Of a stretch of 57,897 nt of DNA, positions 10,241-19,853 are shown in pieces. Each line of letters starts with the position of its first letter. Position 1 is the stretch's first letter. The position numbers and the translations under genes were made by a program. Under the pieces are notes generated by a model. That model was given only the letters and a program-made list of their open reading frames with translations, was not told the DNA's origin and did not search any database. The DNA is from a virus (taxonomy: Duplodnaviria > Caudoviricetes): IMG/VR virus record IMGVR_UViG_3300027985_001099, positions 1 through 57,897 of that record. One strand, written 5' to 3'.

Positions 10241-11014
10241 TTAGGCCGGTCGGCCGTCGATGTACACCGCCTCGGTGGCATCGTTCAGTTTCAACACCTC
10301 GAGCTTGAAGCTGATCTTGGTCCAGTCGTCACCTTTGAGCGCATACTCGCCGTTCGGGGTCAGCAACACATACGGCAGGTAAAAATCCTGCTGCAGGCCT
10401 TTGGCGTTCTTGGAGACAAAACGCGCAGCACCGGCGATCTGGTTGTTGGACGAAATGACCCGGGTCCGCGAATTCGCTGCGGGGGTGTAATCGGCCAGCA
10501 GAACGGTATCGTCGGCGATACCACCACCTGGGACGATGTAGATGGTGCCCAGGGCGGCATCGAGGACGTAGTCAACGTCGACGGTGTACGTGGTCGGAAC
10601 CGCATCTTTGATGGCGACGGCGGACACGCCACGGACCCCGGGCGGGTTCGCCGCAGTGGCGCCCAGCTGATAGTACAGGCCCTGCTTAACCCCGATACCG
10701 CCATTCAGAGACTCCCCGACAACAGGCGTCGCCGTCTGGGTCACCGTTGACGTCTCGCCCAGGAAAAACAGGGCCAGGTTTTCGAAATCGATGTTGTCCG
10801 AGGTGACCGTACCTGAGCGGTTTACCGCCAGTTGCACGGTATCGTCTTTCTGTTTCAGACCATTATCTGTATCATAATGGTCCAGCGTTTCTGACTCAGA
10901 CCCGATATTTACTTCGATGGTGTTTCCCAGGTACCGTTCGCCGGTTTTGTTGGTCGTGCCGGTGACGAATTTGTCAAAGCGGAACTTTCCGCTACCCAAT
11001 ACGTAGTTTGCCAT
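10241..11014 (-). CDS. Major tail tube protein
   Basis: NYVLGSGK...ERYLGN...LTPNGEYALKGDDW motifs of Chi-like tail tube proteins; position. Confidence 0.85.
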   Translation of the reverse strand: MANYVLGSGKFRFDKFVTGTTNKTGERYLGNTIEVNIGSESETLDHYDTDNGLKQKDDTVQLAVNRSGTVTSDNIDFENLALFFLGETSTVTQTATPVVGESLNGGIGVKQGLYYQLGATAANPPGVRGVSAVAIKDAVPTTYTVDVDYVLDAALGTIYIVPGGGIADDTVLLADYTPAANSRTRVISSNNQIAGAARFVSKNAKGLQQDFYLPYVLLTPNGEYALKGDDWTKISFKLEVLKLNDATEAVYIDGRPA

Positions 11015-11047
11015 GTCAACATTCCTTGTCGAGTAGGTTTAATTCGC

Positions 11048-11539
11048 TCAAGCGGCGAATGGGTCACTCATATTTTCCACCAGTGTCAGGCGGATGTTAA
11101 GCCAAAAGTACGCAGAGCCTGAAATTTCATCAGCTGGGCGAACAACTCCCGGGCCAATAGATATACCGTTTATGTCATTTTTCAGCATGTACCATTGGTT
11201 ATACTCGTCGTGCGCCTTTGCCAGGGCGCGCTTCACTTCGGCCATAAGCACATGCGCCGGGTCGGTAGGGTTATCCCGATCGTCACGCACGAACCCCTGT
11301 ATAAACAAATCCCAAGGCCCAAGATAGTGGGCCGAATCTCCGGGGGGAGTAGCCCCTACGTCTTGCTTCGGAGCCTCAAGAATAGACACCATCGGGCATG
11401 GATCGTCGTCGACAAAGCGGTCGCGGCCGCGGAATACGGCATCCGTCAGGTCGTTGACGCAACCTTTTTGGGTCGATACCTCAGTGGCTATCAGCTCGCA
11501 TAGCGTCTTCAGGATCCGTAACCTAATTGGGTCAGACAT
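11048..11539 (-). CDS. Tail terminator-like protein
   Basis: VFRGR...PMVSILE...NPTDPAH motif; directly upstream of tail tube gene. Confidence 0.7.
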   Translation of the reverse strand: MSDPIRLRILKTLCELIATEVSTQKGCVNDLTDAVFRGRDRFVDDDPCPMVSILEAPKQDVGATPPGDSAHYLGPWDLFIQGFVRDDRDNPTDPAHVLMAEVKRALAKAHDEYNQWYMLKNDINGISIGPGVVRPADEISGSAYFWLNIRLTLVENMSDPFAA

Positions 11540-12176
11540 TCTTCAGCTCCACCAAACGGATAAACTCTCGCACCAGGAACTCAGATACCCTAGGGCGTAT
11601 TTTTTCGGATACGTCAGTAAACACCTGGTCTACTGACGGGCCATACAAGAGGACAATATCCTTAAACTTCGAGTTTCTTTTAGACATTTGCACCTGCTTG
11701 TATTTGTTCTTAACGGTCTCACCCGGGCGTAGGCGCATCGCGAGACCAATGTTGAATCCGCCCTCTTGGTCCTCCCCACGGTTTAGCTTTATCAACCAGG
11801 AATGGGGAATGTTTGTTGTCCTTCCCGGCTTTACTCGTAGGACTACCCCGGCTTTGCTCCGTTTGGCTAGGCCTATTTCCCGGTCAGGGGAAAATCGGGC
11901 TAGCGATGTCGCCCGGGCTCTCCCGGTTACCGCAGACTCTAAACTATCCGCCGTGGCGAACTTCGACACATAAAGCCGGGATTCCTGGCCTTCAAGATAC
12001 GCTTTGGGGAAAGCAACATCTTTTAGCATTTCCTCTTTAGCCCAGGCTCGGGCTTTTTTTGCCGCCGCATTCAGGGCCATCGCAGCTTTACGCTGGTGAT
12101 CGACATTCGTCGGGTCAAATAACGCCAGCGACCCGAGGTCGTCAATATCAACGGTGAATGTGTCTAAAATACCCAT
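11532..12176 (-). CDS. Neck/tail completion protein (lambda Z-like)
   Basis: Basic protein with RATSLARF and LLYGPSVDQVF motifs; position. Confidence 0.65.
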   Translation of the reverse strand: MGILDTFTVDIDDLGSLALFDPTNVDHQRKAAMALNAAAKKARAWAKEEMLKDVAFPKAYLEGQESRLYVSKFATADSLESAVTGRARATSLARFSPDREIGLAKRSKAGVVLRVKPGRTTNIPHSWLIKLNRGEDQEGGFNIGLAMRLRPGETVKNKYKQVQMSKRNSKFKDIVLLYGPSVDQVFTDVSEKIRPRVSEFLVREFIRLVELKNV

Positions 12177-12571
12177 TACAGCGGCACCGGTTCGGCCATG
12201 CCGCCGTACGCGATGTCCGGGTCTAACCCGTCCGCCAGCATGTCGGAGGCACTCATGCGAATTACCTCTGCGGGCTGGGTTTCGCTGTCGTACGGTAGGA
12301 CGTTTTCTATCCGGTACGCAGCATCCGCCACGACCAATATGTCGTTTCGCTTGGGGACACAGCTCCCCCGCCAGAAAACGGCTTTAGGTGTTTGCTCGTA
12401 CCTCTGGGCGTACCCAAGGTCGTCTGGGTCACCCGCAGTAACTATTTTGCGGTTATGCACACGTACCCAAACGGCAACCGCTTGGCCGTCCCTGTCGAGC
12501 AGCCAAGCCGGTACCCGGAACGTGGCGTGGACGACTGCCCGGGCCGCCGTACGAACGTCGCGCCAAAACAT
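12176..12571 (-). CDS. Head-tail joining protein (FII-like)
   Basis: Position after capsid genes; ARAVVHATFRVPA motif. Confidence 0.6.
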   Translation of the reverse strand: MFWRDVRTAARAVVHATFRVPAWLLDRDGQAVAVWVRVHNRKIVTAGDPDDLGYAQRYEQTPKAVFWRGSCVPKRNDILVVADAAYRIENVLPYDSETQPAEVIRMSASDMLADGLDPDIAYGGMAEPVPL

Positions 12572-12574
12572 GAC

Positions 12575-12883
12575 TTAGCCTTGGGCCGGGCTTTTGCGAG
12601 GCCGGCCAGCGCGCTTTTTAGCGGGCTCGGGCTCCGGCTCGGGCTCCGGCTCGGGCTCTGGCTCTGGCTCCGGCTCTGGCTCGGGCTCCGGCTCTGGCTC
12701 GGGCTCCGGCTCCAGCCCCAGCAAATCAAACATTCCGGGAGTTACCTCCACGGTTTCACTGAGCTTGGCGGCGCCAACTTTCAATAACCAATGGGCCTCG
12801 TCAAGGTCCTCGAGGTTGAATTCAGACCCGGAGGTGTGGGTCACTTTGCCGATTACGATGGTGTGAATAGCTACAAGGTTCAT
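12575..12883 (-). CDS. Small head-associated protein with poly-(Glu-Pro) linker and basic tail
   Basis: Follows the capsid gene; GGAGG RBS; LLKVGAA domain, then about 15 EP repeats, then KKRAGRPRK. Confidence 0.7.
   Translation of the reverse strand: MNLVAIHTIVIGKVTHTSGSEFNLEDLDEAHWLLKVGAAKLSETVEVTPGMFDLLGLEPEPEPEPEPEPEPEPEPEPEPEPEPEPEPAKKRAGRPRKSPAQG
12624..12712. repeat. Hexanucleotide tandem repeat (ggctcc/ggctcg/ggctct) encoding (EP)n
   Basis: About 15 degenerate 6-bp units seen directly. Confidence 0.9.
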
Positions 12884-12901
12884 ATGTCCTCCCGCAGGCG
12901 G

Positions 12902-12922
12902 AAAAGCGGCCCGAAGGCCGCT
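12902..12922 (-). terminator. Intrinsic terminator after major capsid gene
   Basis: Minus strand AGCGGCC-TTCG-GGCCGCT followed by T tract. Confidence 0.75.
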
Positions 12923-12934
12923 CCTTATTCACGG

Positions 12935-13972
12935 TCAGGCGATGACCGTAGCGTACAGGCTGGCATTTACCCGACCCGGGATCATCAGGGGGGCGCTCTG
13001 GTTCATGATGAACACGCCTGACGGGTCCTGTTCGCTCCACATTTTCGGGAAAATCGGGGTCGCCTGGTAGCTAGCTTCATGGTCCAGGATGGCCCCGAAA
13101 GCCCGAGTGCCCTCGTACCGGGAGCTGGTCAGCACCACCGCTTTGGGGTCCATGAACGGGGTCACGTTCCCAGCGGCATCGTGATAATAATCACTGTACA
13201 CGTATACGGGCAGATTGGGTGCGACGTGGCCAACGAACTGAGATACCTCGCCGGTACGTGGGCCCAAGTCCAGGTTGGCCACCGTGCCGCGGGTTTGCAT
13301 GTTCAGCAGGGCCAGTACCTCGGGGTCTTTTCGCATTACATCCCACGCGTCTACCCCGATCGTTATCCGGTTGCACGGACCGCCAAATGGCGCCCGCAGC
13401 ATCAGAGTCTGCCATGCGGTAAGGTAATCGACGATCGAGATACCGGTATCGCCCCAACGGGCACCCACACCCAAGGTGATGGTGTGGCCGGCGGCACGAC
13501 TGAAATCGACCGTAACCTCCGGATAATCGTCACCAGACACGACGACTTTACCGGTCATCGCCACCTGGGCCGCCATCCACTCCCAACGGCGCTCGATGGA
13601 GTCGCGGTGGGTTTGCATGGTGTCGGCGATGATGGCCTGGATCCGGGATTCCGGGCTGGCTGACCCTCCGTAGGCTTCCCCAGCGCGGCGCTTGAGCGCA
13701 CGGGACGGGTTGACCGGGTCTTTCGGCTTTACGTACGCCGGCTTAAACCGGGTTACAGAAAAGCCGTCGGACATCACCGGTCGGCCTTTAACATTCGGGG
13801 CGACGAATGGAGCCAGCCGGCGCCCGGCGGCGTCGATCTTTTCGAAATCGATGTATTCGGTGTCGAACGTTTGGACATACGGAAACAGCAGGTCCAGCCA
13901 GTAGCTGGACGGGGATTCCAGTTCTCGCATCACCCCCATGAGGGTGTGGGTGTTGTAGATCTCGATGGCCAT
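12935..13972 (-). CDS. Major capsid protein (lambda E family)
   Basis: RRLAPFVAP, FKPAYVKPK, ERRWEWMAAQ and QSAPLMIP motifs. Confidence 0.95.
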   Translation of the reverse strand: MAIEIYNTHTLMGVMRELESPSSYWLDLLFPYVQTFDTEYIDFEKIDAAGRRLAPFVAPNVKGRPVMSDGFSVTRFKPAYVKPKDPVNPSRALKRRAGEAYGGSASPESRIQAIIADTMQTHRDSIERRWEWMAAQVAMTGKVVVSGDDYPEVTVDFSRAAGHTITLGVGARWGDTGISIVDYLTAWQTLMLRAPFGGPCNRITIGVDAWDVMRKDPEVLALLNMQTRGTVANLDLGPRTGEVSQFVGHVAPNLPVYVYSDYYHDAAGNVTPFMDPKAVVLTSSRYEGTRAFGAILDHEASYQATPIFPKMWSEQDPSGVFIMNQSAPLMIPGRVNASLYATVIA

Positions 13973-14031
13973 TTGGCGCTCTCCTTAGCTATATTGGCGG
14001 GCCGCCATTCCGTGGCGGCCACTGCCTAGAC

Positions 14032-14433
14032 TTAGAACCCTACTGCTTTCAGGAACAGGGAAGGCGCGCCAGCGATCAGGGCCGCTTCCTTCTTCAAATC
14101 AGTGTCGAATGAAGCATCCCACACTACCATGGCCGGGTTGAATTGGCCGGTGCGGTACACGTTACAGGGCTTGTCCGCCAGGGAGGCGTTTACCGCGTAA
14201 ACCGCAAAACCAAACACGTTTTGCGAACCGTCTACCGCGCTCTGTACACACGGGACCAGCTTGCCGGAGGCAGTTACCCGCCCCAGCGCCTGATATGCCA
14301 CTACCGTTTCCCCAGACAGCAGCGTGCTCTGGATGGTGGTGACAGGAAAATCCCCGGTGCGCCAGTTTTGCACGGTGACGCTTTCGCCGGAGTTACTTGC
14401 GATATGCAAGCTGCTGTAATCAATTTCGGCCAT
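14032..14433 (-). CDS. Head decoration protein (lambda D-like)
   Basis: ASGKLVP...DGSQ...YRTGQFN motif, between protease and capsid genes. Confidence 0.85.
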   Translation of the reverse strand: MAEIDYSSLHIASNSGESVTVQNWRTGDFPVTTIQSTLLSGETVVAYQALGRVTASGKLVPCVQSAVDGSQNVFGFAVYAVNASLADKPCNVYRTGQFNPAMVVWDASFDTDLKKEAALIAGAPSLFLKAVGF

Positions 14434-14436
14434 TTT

Positions 14437-15681
14437 TTATCGCTCCTTGCTGGCTTTCGGCTTGGCGCCGGTTACTTGGCGGTAGGACGCCATGATTTGC
14501 TTAACCGGGTCCGCCGCAGCGTCCGTGTCGGTGGATTCGGATTGCAGATTCGGGTTACCGGTTTCGACCATCGCCTGGTCAAAGGACGTACCCGCGGGAG
14601 GCGTGGCGGCCGGGGCAGCCGGTTCAACCGGCGCTGCCGCGAGTATGCCGCGGGCCTGCTCAGCGGTCAGGTCGGTTTCCATAGCCAGGTGGTTGGCCAG
14701 TTTTCCTCGGCCATTAGCCTCTTGGCAGGACAGAATGGCCTGCAGACGCTGGCGTTCGGCTTTGGCGCCGGTGGCGCGCTCGGCGGCCGGATCGGCTACG
14801 GCCTGGGTGTTGTCAGTTTCCGTTGACATATACAATGCTCCTTTGACCACTCGGGCCTCAAAATCCTGCAGCGCCGCCGCTGCCGGTTGAACAACGTCCG
14901 CCAGACCGGCTTCCAATGCCGCTTCTGGCCCGTACACTCCAGCTTGCGTTTCTCGTACCACCGACTCATCAATGCCGCGATTTCTGGCGACGGTACCCAC
15001 AAAGATATTGTACAGAGAATCGACTCTCGATTGAATCCGGGCTTTGGCCTCGTCGGTCAGATCATGGTACGGATTGCCGTCGACTTTATGGGCTCCCGCG
15101 TAGATCAAGGTCACCTTGACCCCGGCGTTGGCCAAGGCTGTTTCACGTGAAACATGCGTGGTGACGACACCGATCGACCCGACAAGGCCTGTGCGAGGCA
15201 TACTGATCTTGCTGGCGGCAGAAGCCAGACTGTAACCGGCGCTCAAAGCGTGATCGTTGACAAACGCCTCAATGGTCTTTTTCTCTCTGGCGGCATAGAG
15301 GAAATCCGCAAGGTCAAAATTGCCGGAAGCGTCGCCCCCGGGGGTGTTGTACACCATAGCGATTCCGCGGACATTGGGGTCCGTAATTCCCCTGCCTACG
15401 GCTTCCTGGATGTACCGGTAACCCGTGAACCATCCGGACATAGTCCCGCTTATCCCATTCATCAAAATACCGCTAACCGGTACCTGGAGAACGCCATTCT
15501 GAACGTTATACGGTCGATACCAGGCGAAGTCCGGGTGCCAAAAATCCGCAGCAGCCATCTGCTCTGTCGGGATCTCGGTGTCCGTGGCTAGTAGCGCATT
15601 CAGCAACTGGACCTTATCCGCATTCAGCAGCAACTCGGCATCCGCCAGAGCAACGGCAAACATCTCACTGATTTTGGCCAT
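14437..15681 (-). CDS. S49 prohead protease/scaffold (lambda C/Nu3-like)
   Basis: NTPGG, ALSAGYSLAS, VGSIGV and HKVDGNPY motifs; C-terminal AERQRLQAIL scaffold; ATG 15681 chosen over upstream 15729. Confidence 0.9.
   Translation of the reverse strand: MAKISEMFAVALADAELLLNADKVQLLNALLATDTEIPTEQMAAADFWHPDFAWYRPYNVQNGVLQVPVSGILMNGISGTMSGWFTGYRYIQEAVGRGITDPNVRGIAMVYNTPGGDASGNFDLADFLYAAREKKTIEAFVNDHALSAGYSLASAASKISMPRTGLVGSIGVVTTHVSRETALANAGVKVTLIYAGAHKVDGNPYHDLTDEAKARIQSRVDSLYNIFVGTVARNRGIDESVVRETQAGVYGPEAALEAGLADVVQPAAAALQDFEARVVKGALYMSTETDNTQAVADPAAERATGAKAERQRLQAILSCQEANGRGKLANHLAMETDLTAEQARGILAAAPVEPAAPAATPPAGTSFDQAMVETGNPNLQSESTDTDAAADPVKQIMASYRQVTGAKPKASKER
15139..15154. promoter_or_regulatory. 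parS: parS site 1 (perfect TGTTTCACGTGAAACA), inside the protease gene
   Basis: Exact match to the bacterial chromosomal parS consensus palindrome; encodes (H)VSRET. Confidence 0.85.
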
Positions 15682-17287
15682 CGGTGGCGTCTCCTTCATC
15701 CTCGTCGCGATCGGTTGGGCTCTGGCCATCTTGTTCCTGGTTTCCGGAAACCGTTACTTGCTCCGTAACTAGCCCTAGCTTCTCCATCATCACCCTCTCG
15801 CGCTTGCGCTGCCTAGCTACTTGGCGCCAGTCCTTACCCAGGCGCGCAAGCTCATCTTCGTATGTGGATAGCCCCTTTTCGATCCGCATAACTGCGGCCT
15901 GTGTTTCCTTCAATTCGTCAATCTGGCCGCGACTGGCGCCGACCCATTCGCACGCAGAATATGCTTCCGCGTTCAGCCCCTCGTACCAGCTCGGCGCATT
16001 TGGCGGCAGCTTGATCAGCCCCTTGTTTAGGGCTTCTTCCAGCCACAGGCGGTACACCTGGCTAGCGAAGGCATCTGCGACCATGTGCTTGCGTGACTGC
16101 ATATACTTCCAGGTCTCGGCCATCGCGGCTCGAGCACTGGAGTAGTTTGTCTGGGTGTAGTCGCGGCTCAACTGCTCGTAGCTGACCCCCAAGGCCGCGG
16201 ATATGTGCCGTAGCAATGACTGCTCAAAGCTGGTACCTACCCCACCGGGGGAATTTGCGTTTTGCAGATGGAGCTTAGTTCCGGGGTACAGGTGGGGCAC
16301 CTTAACCCCATCTATGGCTATGTTGTTTGACCCGCCAACGTACTGAGCTATGGCCTCAAGGTAATCTGTAGCCCATGCGCTAGACCCGCCGGTACCGAGC
16401 TGGGCGTACGCAACTTCTGGGGGAAGCTCGGATTCGATTGTGGCGGCGTACGTTGCGTTCAGCACCGCATTCTGAAGCACAACATCCCGATACCGGGAGG
16501 TCATCTTCATCTCTTTCAATACCGATACCATCTCGGCCACGCCGCGGGTCTGGCCTGGGCGCATCTGGTCAGGAACGATGTGGATAATTTGCGGCCGGCC
16601 CCACGGCTTCGCTGCGGGTACCCGCGTCCATTTGAAGGCGCGCAGGTCGGTGGCATAGTCCCCGGGATGTGCGTTGCGAATGTAATAGGCTATGGGCGCT
16701 CCGTAAAAATCGAGCTCGATCCCCCGGCGCAAAAACCGGCTATCGTTGACTCCGTCTGGGTTGCTGAGCCGGTCGGGGTCTATCATCTGAATTGCGGTGG
16801 AAAAAGGGCGATCGCTGCGCCGGATCCATTCCACTGATGCCAGGGTTTCTCCAGACAGTACTGATATCCCGACAGCCAGTCGAACTAGCGCCGTGAAGGT
16901 ATTGCTGCGACTCGCATCCACGTGCTTGCGCGGAGACTCGGCCCACAAAGTGAATAGCCCTTCGACCTGCTCTTGGAACTGCTCAGCCCATTCCTCGGTA
17001 AGTCCCAGCAGTTGCCAATTTGGCTTCGCGCTTAAACAGAATTGCGCCCCAACGATGTTGTCTCGATGGATGGCGACGCCGCCGCGGATATAACCGTCGT
17101 TACGCGCCATGTCCCGAACTCGAGCGTCGAGAGTCTGCTTCTCCGGGAGCATTTCCCGGTCCGCAGACTGGACAGGCGGTGACCACAAAGCCAGCTCGCG
17201 AGACAGCCGACTAGAGCCCTCGTAGGCCCCTCCGATGAGCTTGACCCCTGGCGGGTCCTCCTGCAAAAACTCGTCGATGGCAGACAT
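15665..17287 (-). CDS. Portal protein, lambda family
   Basis: RPGQTRGV, SRDYTQTNYSSARA and GQIDELKE motifs. Confidence 0.95.
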   Translation of the reverse strand: MSAIDEFLQEDPPGVKLIGGAYEGSSRLSRELALWSPPVQSADREMLPEKQTLDARVRDMARNDGYIRGGVAIHRDNIVGAQFCLSAKPNWQLLGLTEEWAEQFQEQVEGLFTLWAESPRKHVDASRSNTFTALVRLAVGISVLSGETLASVEWIRRSDRPFSTAIQMIDPDRLSNPDGVNDSRFLRRGIELDFYGAPIAYYIRNAHPGDYATDLRAFKWTRVPAAKPWGRPQIIHIVPDQMRPGQTRGVAEMVSVLKEMKMTSRYRDVVLQNAVLNATYAATIESELPPEVAYAQLGTGGSSAWATDYLEAIAQYVGGSNNIAIDGVKVPHLYPGTKLHLQNANSPGGVGTSFEQSLLRHISAALGVSYEQLSRDYTQTNYSSARAAMAETWKYMQSRKHMVADAFASQVYRLWLEEALNKGLIKLPPNAPSWYEGLNAEAYSACEWVGASRGQIDELKETQAAVMRIEKGLSTYEDELARLGKDWRQVARQRKRERVMMEKLGLVTEQVTVSGNQEQDGQSPTDRDEDEGDATDGQNQ

Positions 17288-17499
17288 CAGAAATACACCT
17301 TGGCCGGACCGGATACCTGGCTAGAACTTCCGGTAATCTGGATCTGCAGGTCAGCAATATACTGGGCAAGGCGAGAGGCATTAGCAGGCGTGAACTCAAC
17401 ACGTTCACCATTTTGGTCGACTACGACGCGGGGAGACGTCCCCGTCATCAGGCTATGATAGGCCATTATCGCGGCATCCAGCCGCTCCTGCAGGGTCAT
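17287..17499 (-). CDS. Head-tail joining protein gpW
   Basis: AYHSLMTG...VVDQNGERVEFT...LAQYIADL. Confidence 0.85.
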   Translation of the reverse strand: MTLQERLDAAIMAYHSLMTGTSPRVVVDQNGERVEFTPANASRLAQYIADLQIQITGSSSQVSGPAKVYF

Positions 17500-17628
17500 A
17501 TCCGTGACTCCAGCTAGACTATTCTGGGCATTATATCAGGGTGAGCTCGAAAAACGCGCAAAAAATTGGCCCGTATTCAGGCCAGAGACTATATCGATGA
17601 TGCCAGATACACCAGTCGGCTACGAGGT

Positions 17629-17644
17629 CGTTTCACGTGAAACA
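17629..17644. promoter_or_regulatory. parS: parS site 2 (CGTTTCACGTGAAACA), intergenic between terL and gpW
   Basis: 15/16 match to parS consensus. Confidence 0.85.
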
Positions 17645-17783
17645 TCAGGGGGGCCTAGCCGCTCCGAGCTAAATTAAGCGAGTCCGTTCGCGCCACCCTT
17701 CGCCCGCATACCACATCCGTGTGGCCTGTTGGGTTCCGTCCCGATGCCAGACGAGACCAGATTACTCCTGGCGCAAATTTGCA

Positions 17784-19853
17784 TCAAGCGAGTTGTGACG
17801 CGATTTTCGCCAAACGTGACGAGTTCCGATTTTCCACCCGTGGTTTGCCCACTTGCCGCACCATGGAATTGTCGTCCCACTCGGCGGCCCAGGAGGGCGG
17901 GGCGTCCCAGTCGATGTGCTCGAGGGCTATCCATCGGGTTAAGCACAATGCGGCGTCATAAACCAGGTGATCCCACGCTTCGTTGCGCTGCCGGCGTGTG
18001 TTTTCCCATTTCCCTTTCGCATTCTTGGTCTCCACGGTTAACTCACTGTATACCGAATCCGGGAGCCACATGGGGAAGTGGATCATCCCCCCGCCCGGGG
18101 TCACCCGGTCTAATTGTTTATCAATCCCATCCTTGACTAAATCGGTGTTGATCCGCAAAACAGGGACATCCCCACGGGCGCCGGCGTGCCTGTCTTTGCG
18201 TTCCGAGTCCGGGTAGGTTAGCTGGATACGCGGCGACGCGGCGGTACCATCGCCCTTTACTAGCAAAAATCTACTCTGCAGCTGGCCGTCCACCCCCCGG
18301 AGTTTTCGCCAGAAATCGTAGGCCTTTGCGGTTACCCCTTCGCGGCCGCCAGAATCACAGGCCGTCATTTTTATGGCCATGGTTCGACCAGAGCCGTCAC
18401 TCAACGGGTACTCCTTGCGGATCACCTGGTCTATCAGTAGGTCCCAGTCCTCTAGGTACGCCCCAGGGCTAATCCACTCGCGATCGCCGTCGGCATCCGT
18501 GCGGTTGGACTTGCGGATCTCGAAACTGTCGATTATCCACTTATCCCCGGCCACGCCAGTCCCCTGTACTTGAACCCGGAAGCTGTGCTTTTGCACGTCA
18601 ACGCACGCTGTCAAAAACCGCGTTTCACGTGGAACAACGCGCTCCCCCAGGTCCTCGGCGCGGGCCTTTAGGTTCTCGGGAAGCCTCTGAACGGCCAACT
18701 GTTTAGGCACATACGGCAGGCCCTGATCGGTATTGACTGTAGTCTTGAGCGCAATTTCAGACCCGGTGCTCTCGTACTCAGCCACGGCCTGCAGGTACTT
18801 TAACATCAGGTCTGACCAGCTGGCGAAAGCCGCGCACACCCCTTTCAGCCAAAAACTGGCGATATTGCTGTATGCTGGTGTCCCGCCCCGGTTACCATCC
18901 TTGTCGATAGTCTCGCCATCGCGTAGCCAGACCCCACCGAGATTTAGCTCTCGTTTGTCCGCGTGGGTGTGTACCCCGCCGCAAAACGGGCAGACCATGA
19001 CCGTGCTTTTTGCGGCTTCGCTGGGATCCGGGTCGGTTCCCGGTACCAGCAAATGGAAATCCGGCTCAAACCATTCCTGGCAATGCTGGCACTGCCAATA
19101 GTACCGGCGCCGGTCACCGCGGTTGTACAGCGCTAGGATCCCCTGCACGGGTGGGGCCTCGTGACGGGACCGCGGCATCCAGTCGCGTTGCTCGATATTG
19201 TACCCGGGGCTGGACTCAGCTACCGTCATCGCGTAGCGCCGGAATGTCGTGGTGCGCTTTCTGGCTAGGTCGAATACTGCGCCCTCGCCGTCAACGTCTA
19301 GCGGCATTCGGTCGATGTCCGTGATCCAGACGTAGCGAAAGGCCCGGCTCGATAGCTGGTTAACAGTTGGCCAAGCCATGCTCAAATACATTCCGGACCG
19401 ATACAACTTGGTGTATATGCTGTCTGCTTCTTTACGAGGCACCAATTTGGCCCCAACGGCTCGAGTCCATCGGTGAAAACGGTTGATGCGGATCTTGGAA
19501 AACTCTCGGGCGTTCTTTTCGTCCATGTGGACTATGAGCATGTCTGACGGGTCGGTATCGACGGTGTGCCCTATCCAGTTGAAGACGCAGTCTGTCTTCG
19601 CTGACTGCGCCGGGCCGACAAATATCGCGGCCTGAAACTTGATCGATGTCAATGTTTGCATGAACTCGACCATGTATGGGACCACGTCATTGTCCCAAGG
19701 GCCGACAAACGCCCCGGGTGTATTCAGATACCGGTTTTTTTCGGCCCACTCGTCGACGGTAAAGTCCTCCGGGGGACGCAGACCCTCGGCGCAATCCGCG
19801 ACGATCTCCCCGAGGAAGCCGTACCTAGTCGGTTGAGCCCTCTTGTTCGCCAT
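17784..19853 (-). CDS. terL: Terminase large subunit (lambda gpA family)
   Basis: Deviant Walker A GPAQSAKT, ESSP, CQHC/CPFC zinc site, VDVQ, DSGG and RNEAWD nuclease motifs. Confidence 0.95.
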   Translation of the reverse strand: MANKRAQPTRYGFLGEIVADCAEGLRPPEDFTVDEWAEKNRYLNTPGAFVGPWDNDVVPYMVEFMQTLTSIKFQAAIFVGPAQSAKTDCVFNWIGHTVDTDPSDMLIVHMDEKNAREFSKIRINRFHRWTRAVGAKLVPRKEADSIYTKLYRSGMYLSMAWPTVNQLSSRAFRYVWITDIDRMPLDVDGEGAVFDLARKRTTTFRRYAMTVAESSPGYNIEQRDWMPRSRHEAPPVQGILALYNRGDRRRYYWQCQHCQEWFEPDFHLLVPGTDPDPSEAAKSTVMVCPFCGGVHTHADKRELNLGGVWLRDGETIDKDGNRGGTPAYSNIASFWLKGVCAAFASWSDLMLKYLQAVAEYESTGSEIALKTTVNTDQGLPYVPKQLAVQRLPENLKARAEDLGERVVPRETRFLTACVDVQKHSFRVQVQGTGVAGDKWIIDSFEIRKSNRTDADGDREWISPGAYLEDWDLLIDQVIRKEYPLSDGSGRTMAIKMTACDSGGREGVTAKAYDFWRKLRGVDGQLQSRFLLVKGDGTAASPRIQLTYPDSERKDRHAGARGDVPVLRINTDLVKDGIDKQLDRVTPGGGMIHFPMWLPDSVYSELTVETKNAKGKWENTRRQRNEAWDHLVYDAALCLTRWIALEHIDWDAPPSWAAEWDDNSMVRQVGKPRVENRNSSRLAKIASQLA
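18621..18636. promoter_or_regulatory. parS: parS site 3 (CGTTTCACGTGGAACA), inside terL
   Basis: Matches the GTT(T/C)CACGTG(A/G)AAC parS core; encodes VPRET. Confidence 0.8.

Noticed and set aside
12442-12866. (GS)n and (RS)n repeat ORFs
   Set aside because: Alternative frames of the EP hexamer repeat
17590-17646. Tiny MFHVK… ORF on the minus strand
   Set aside because: A translation of the parS palindrome; 18 codons, no convincing RBS
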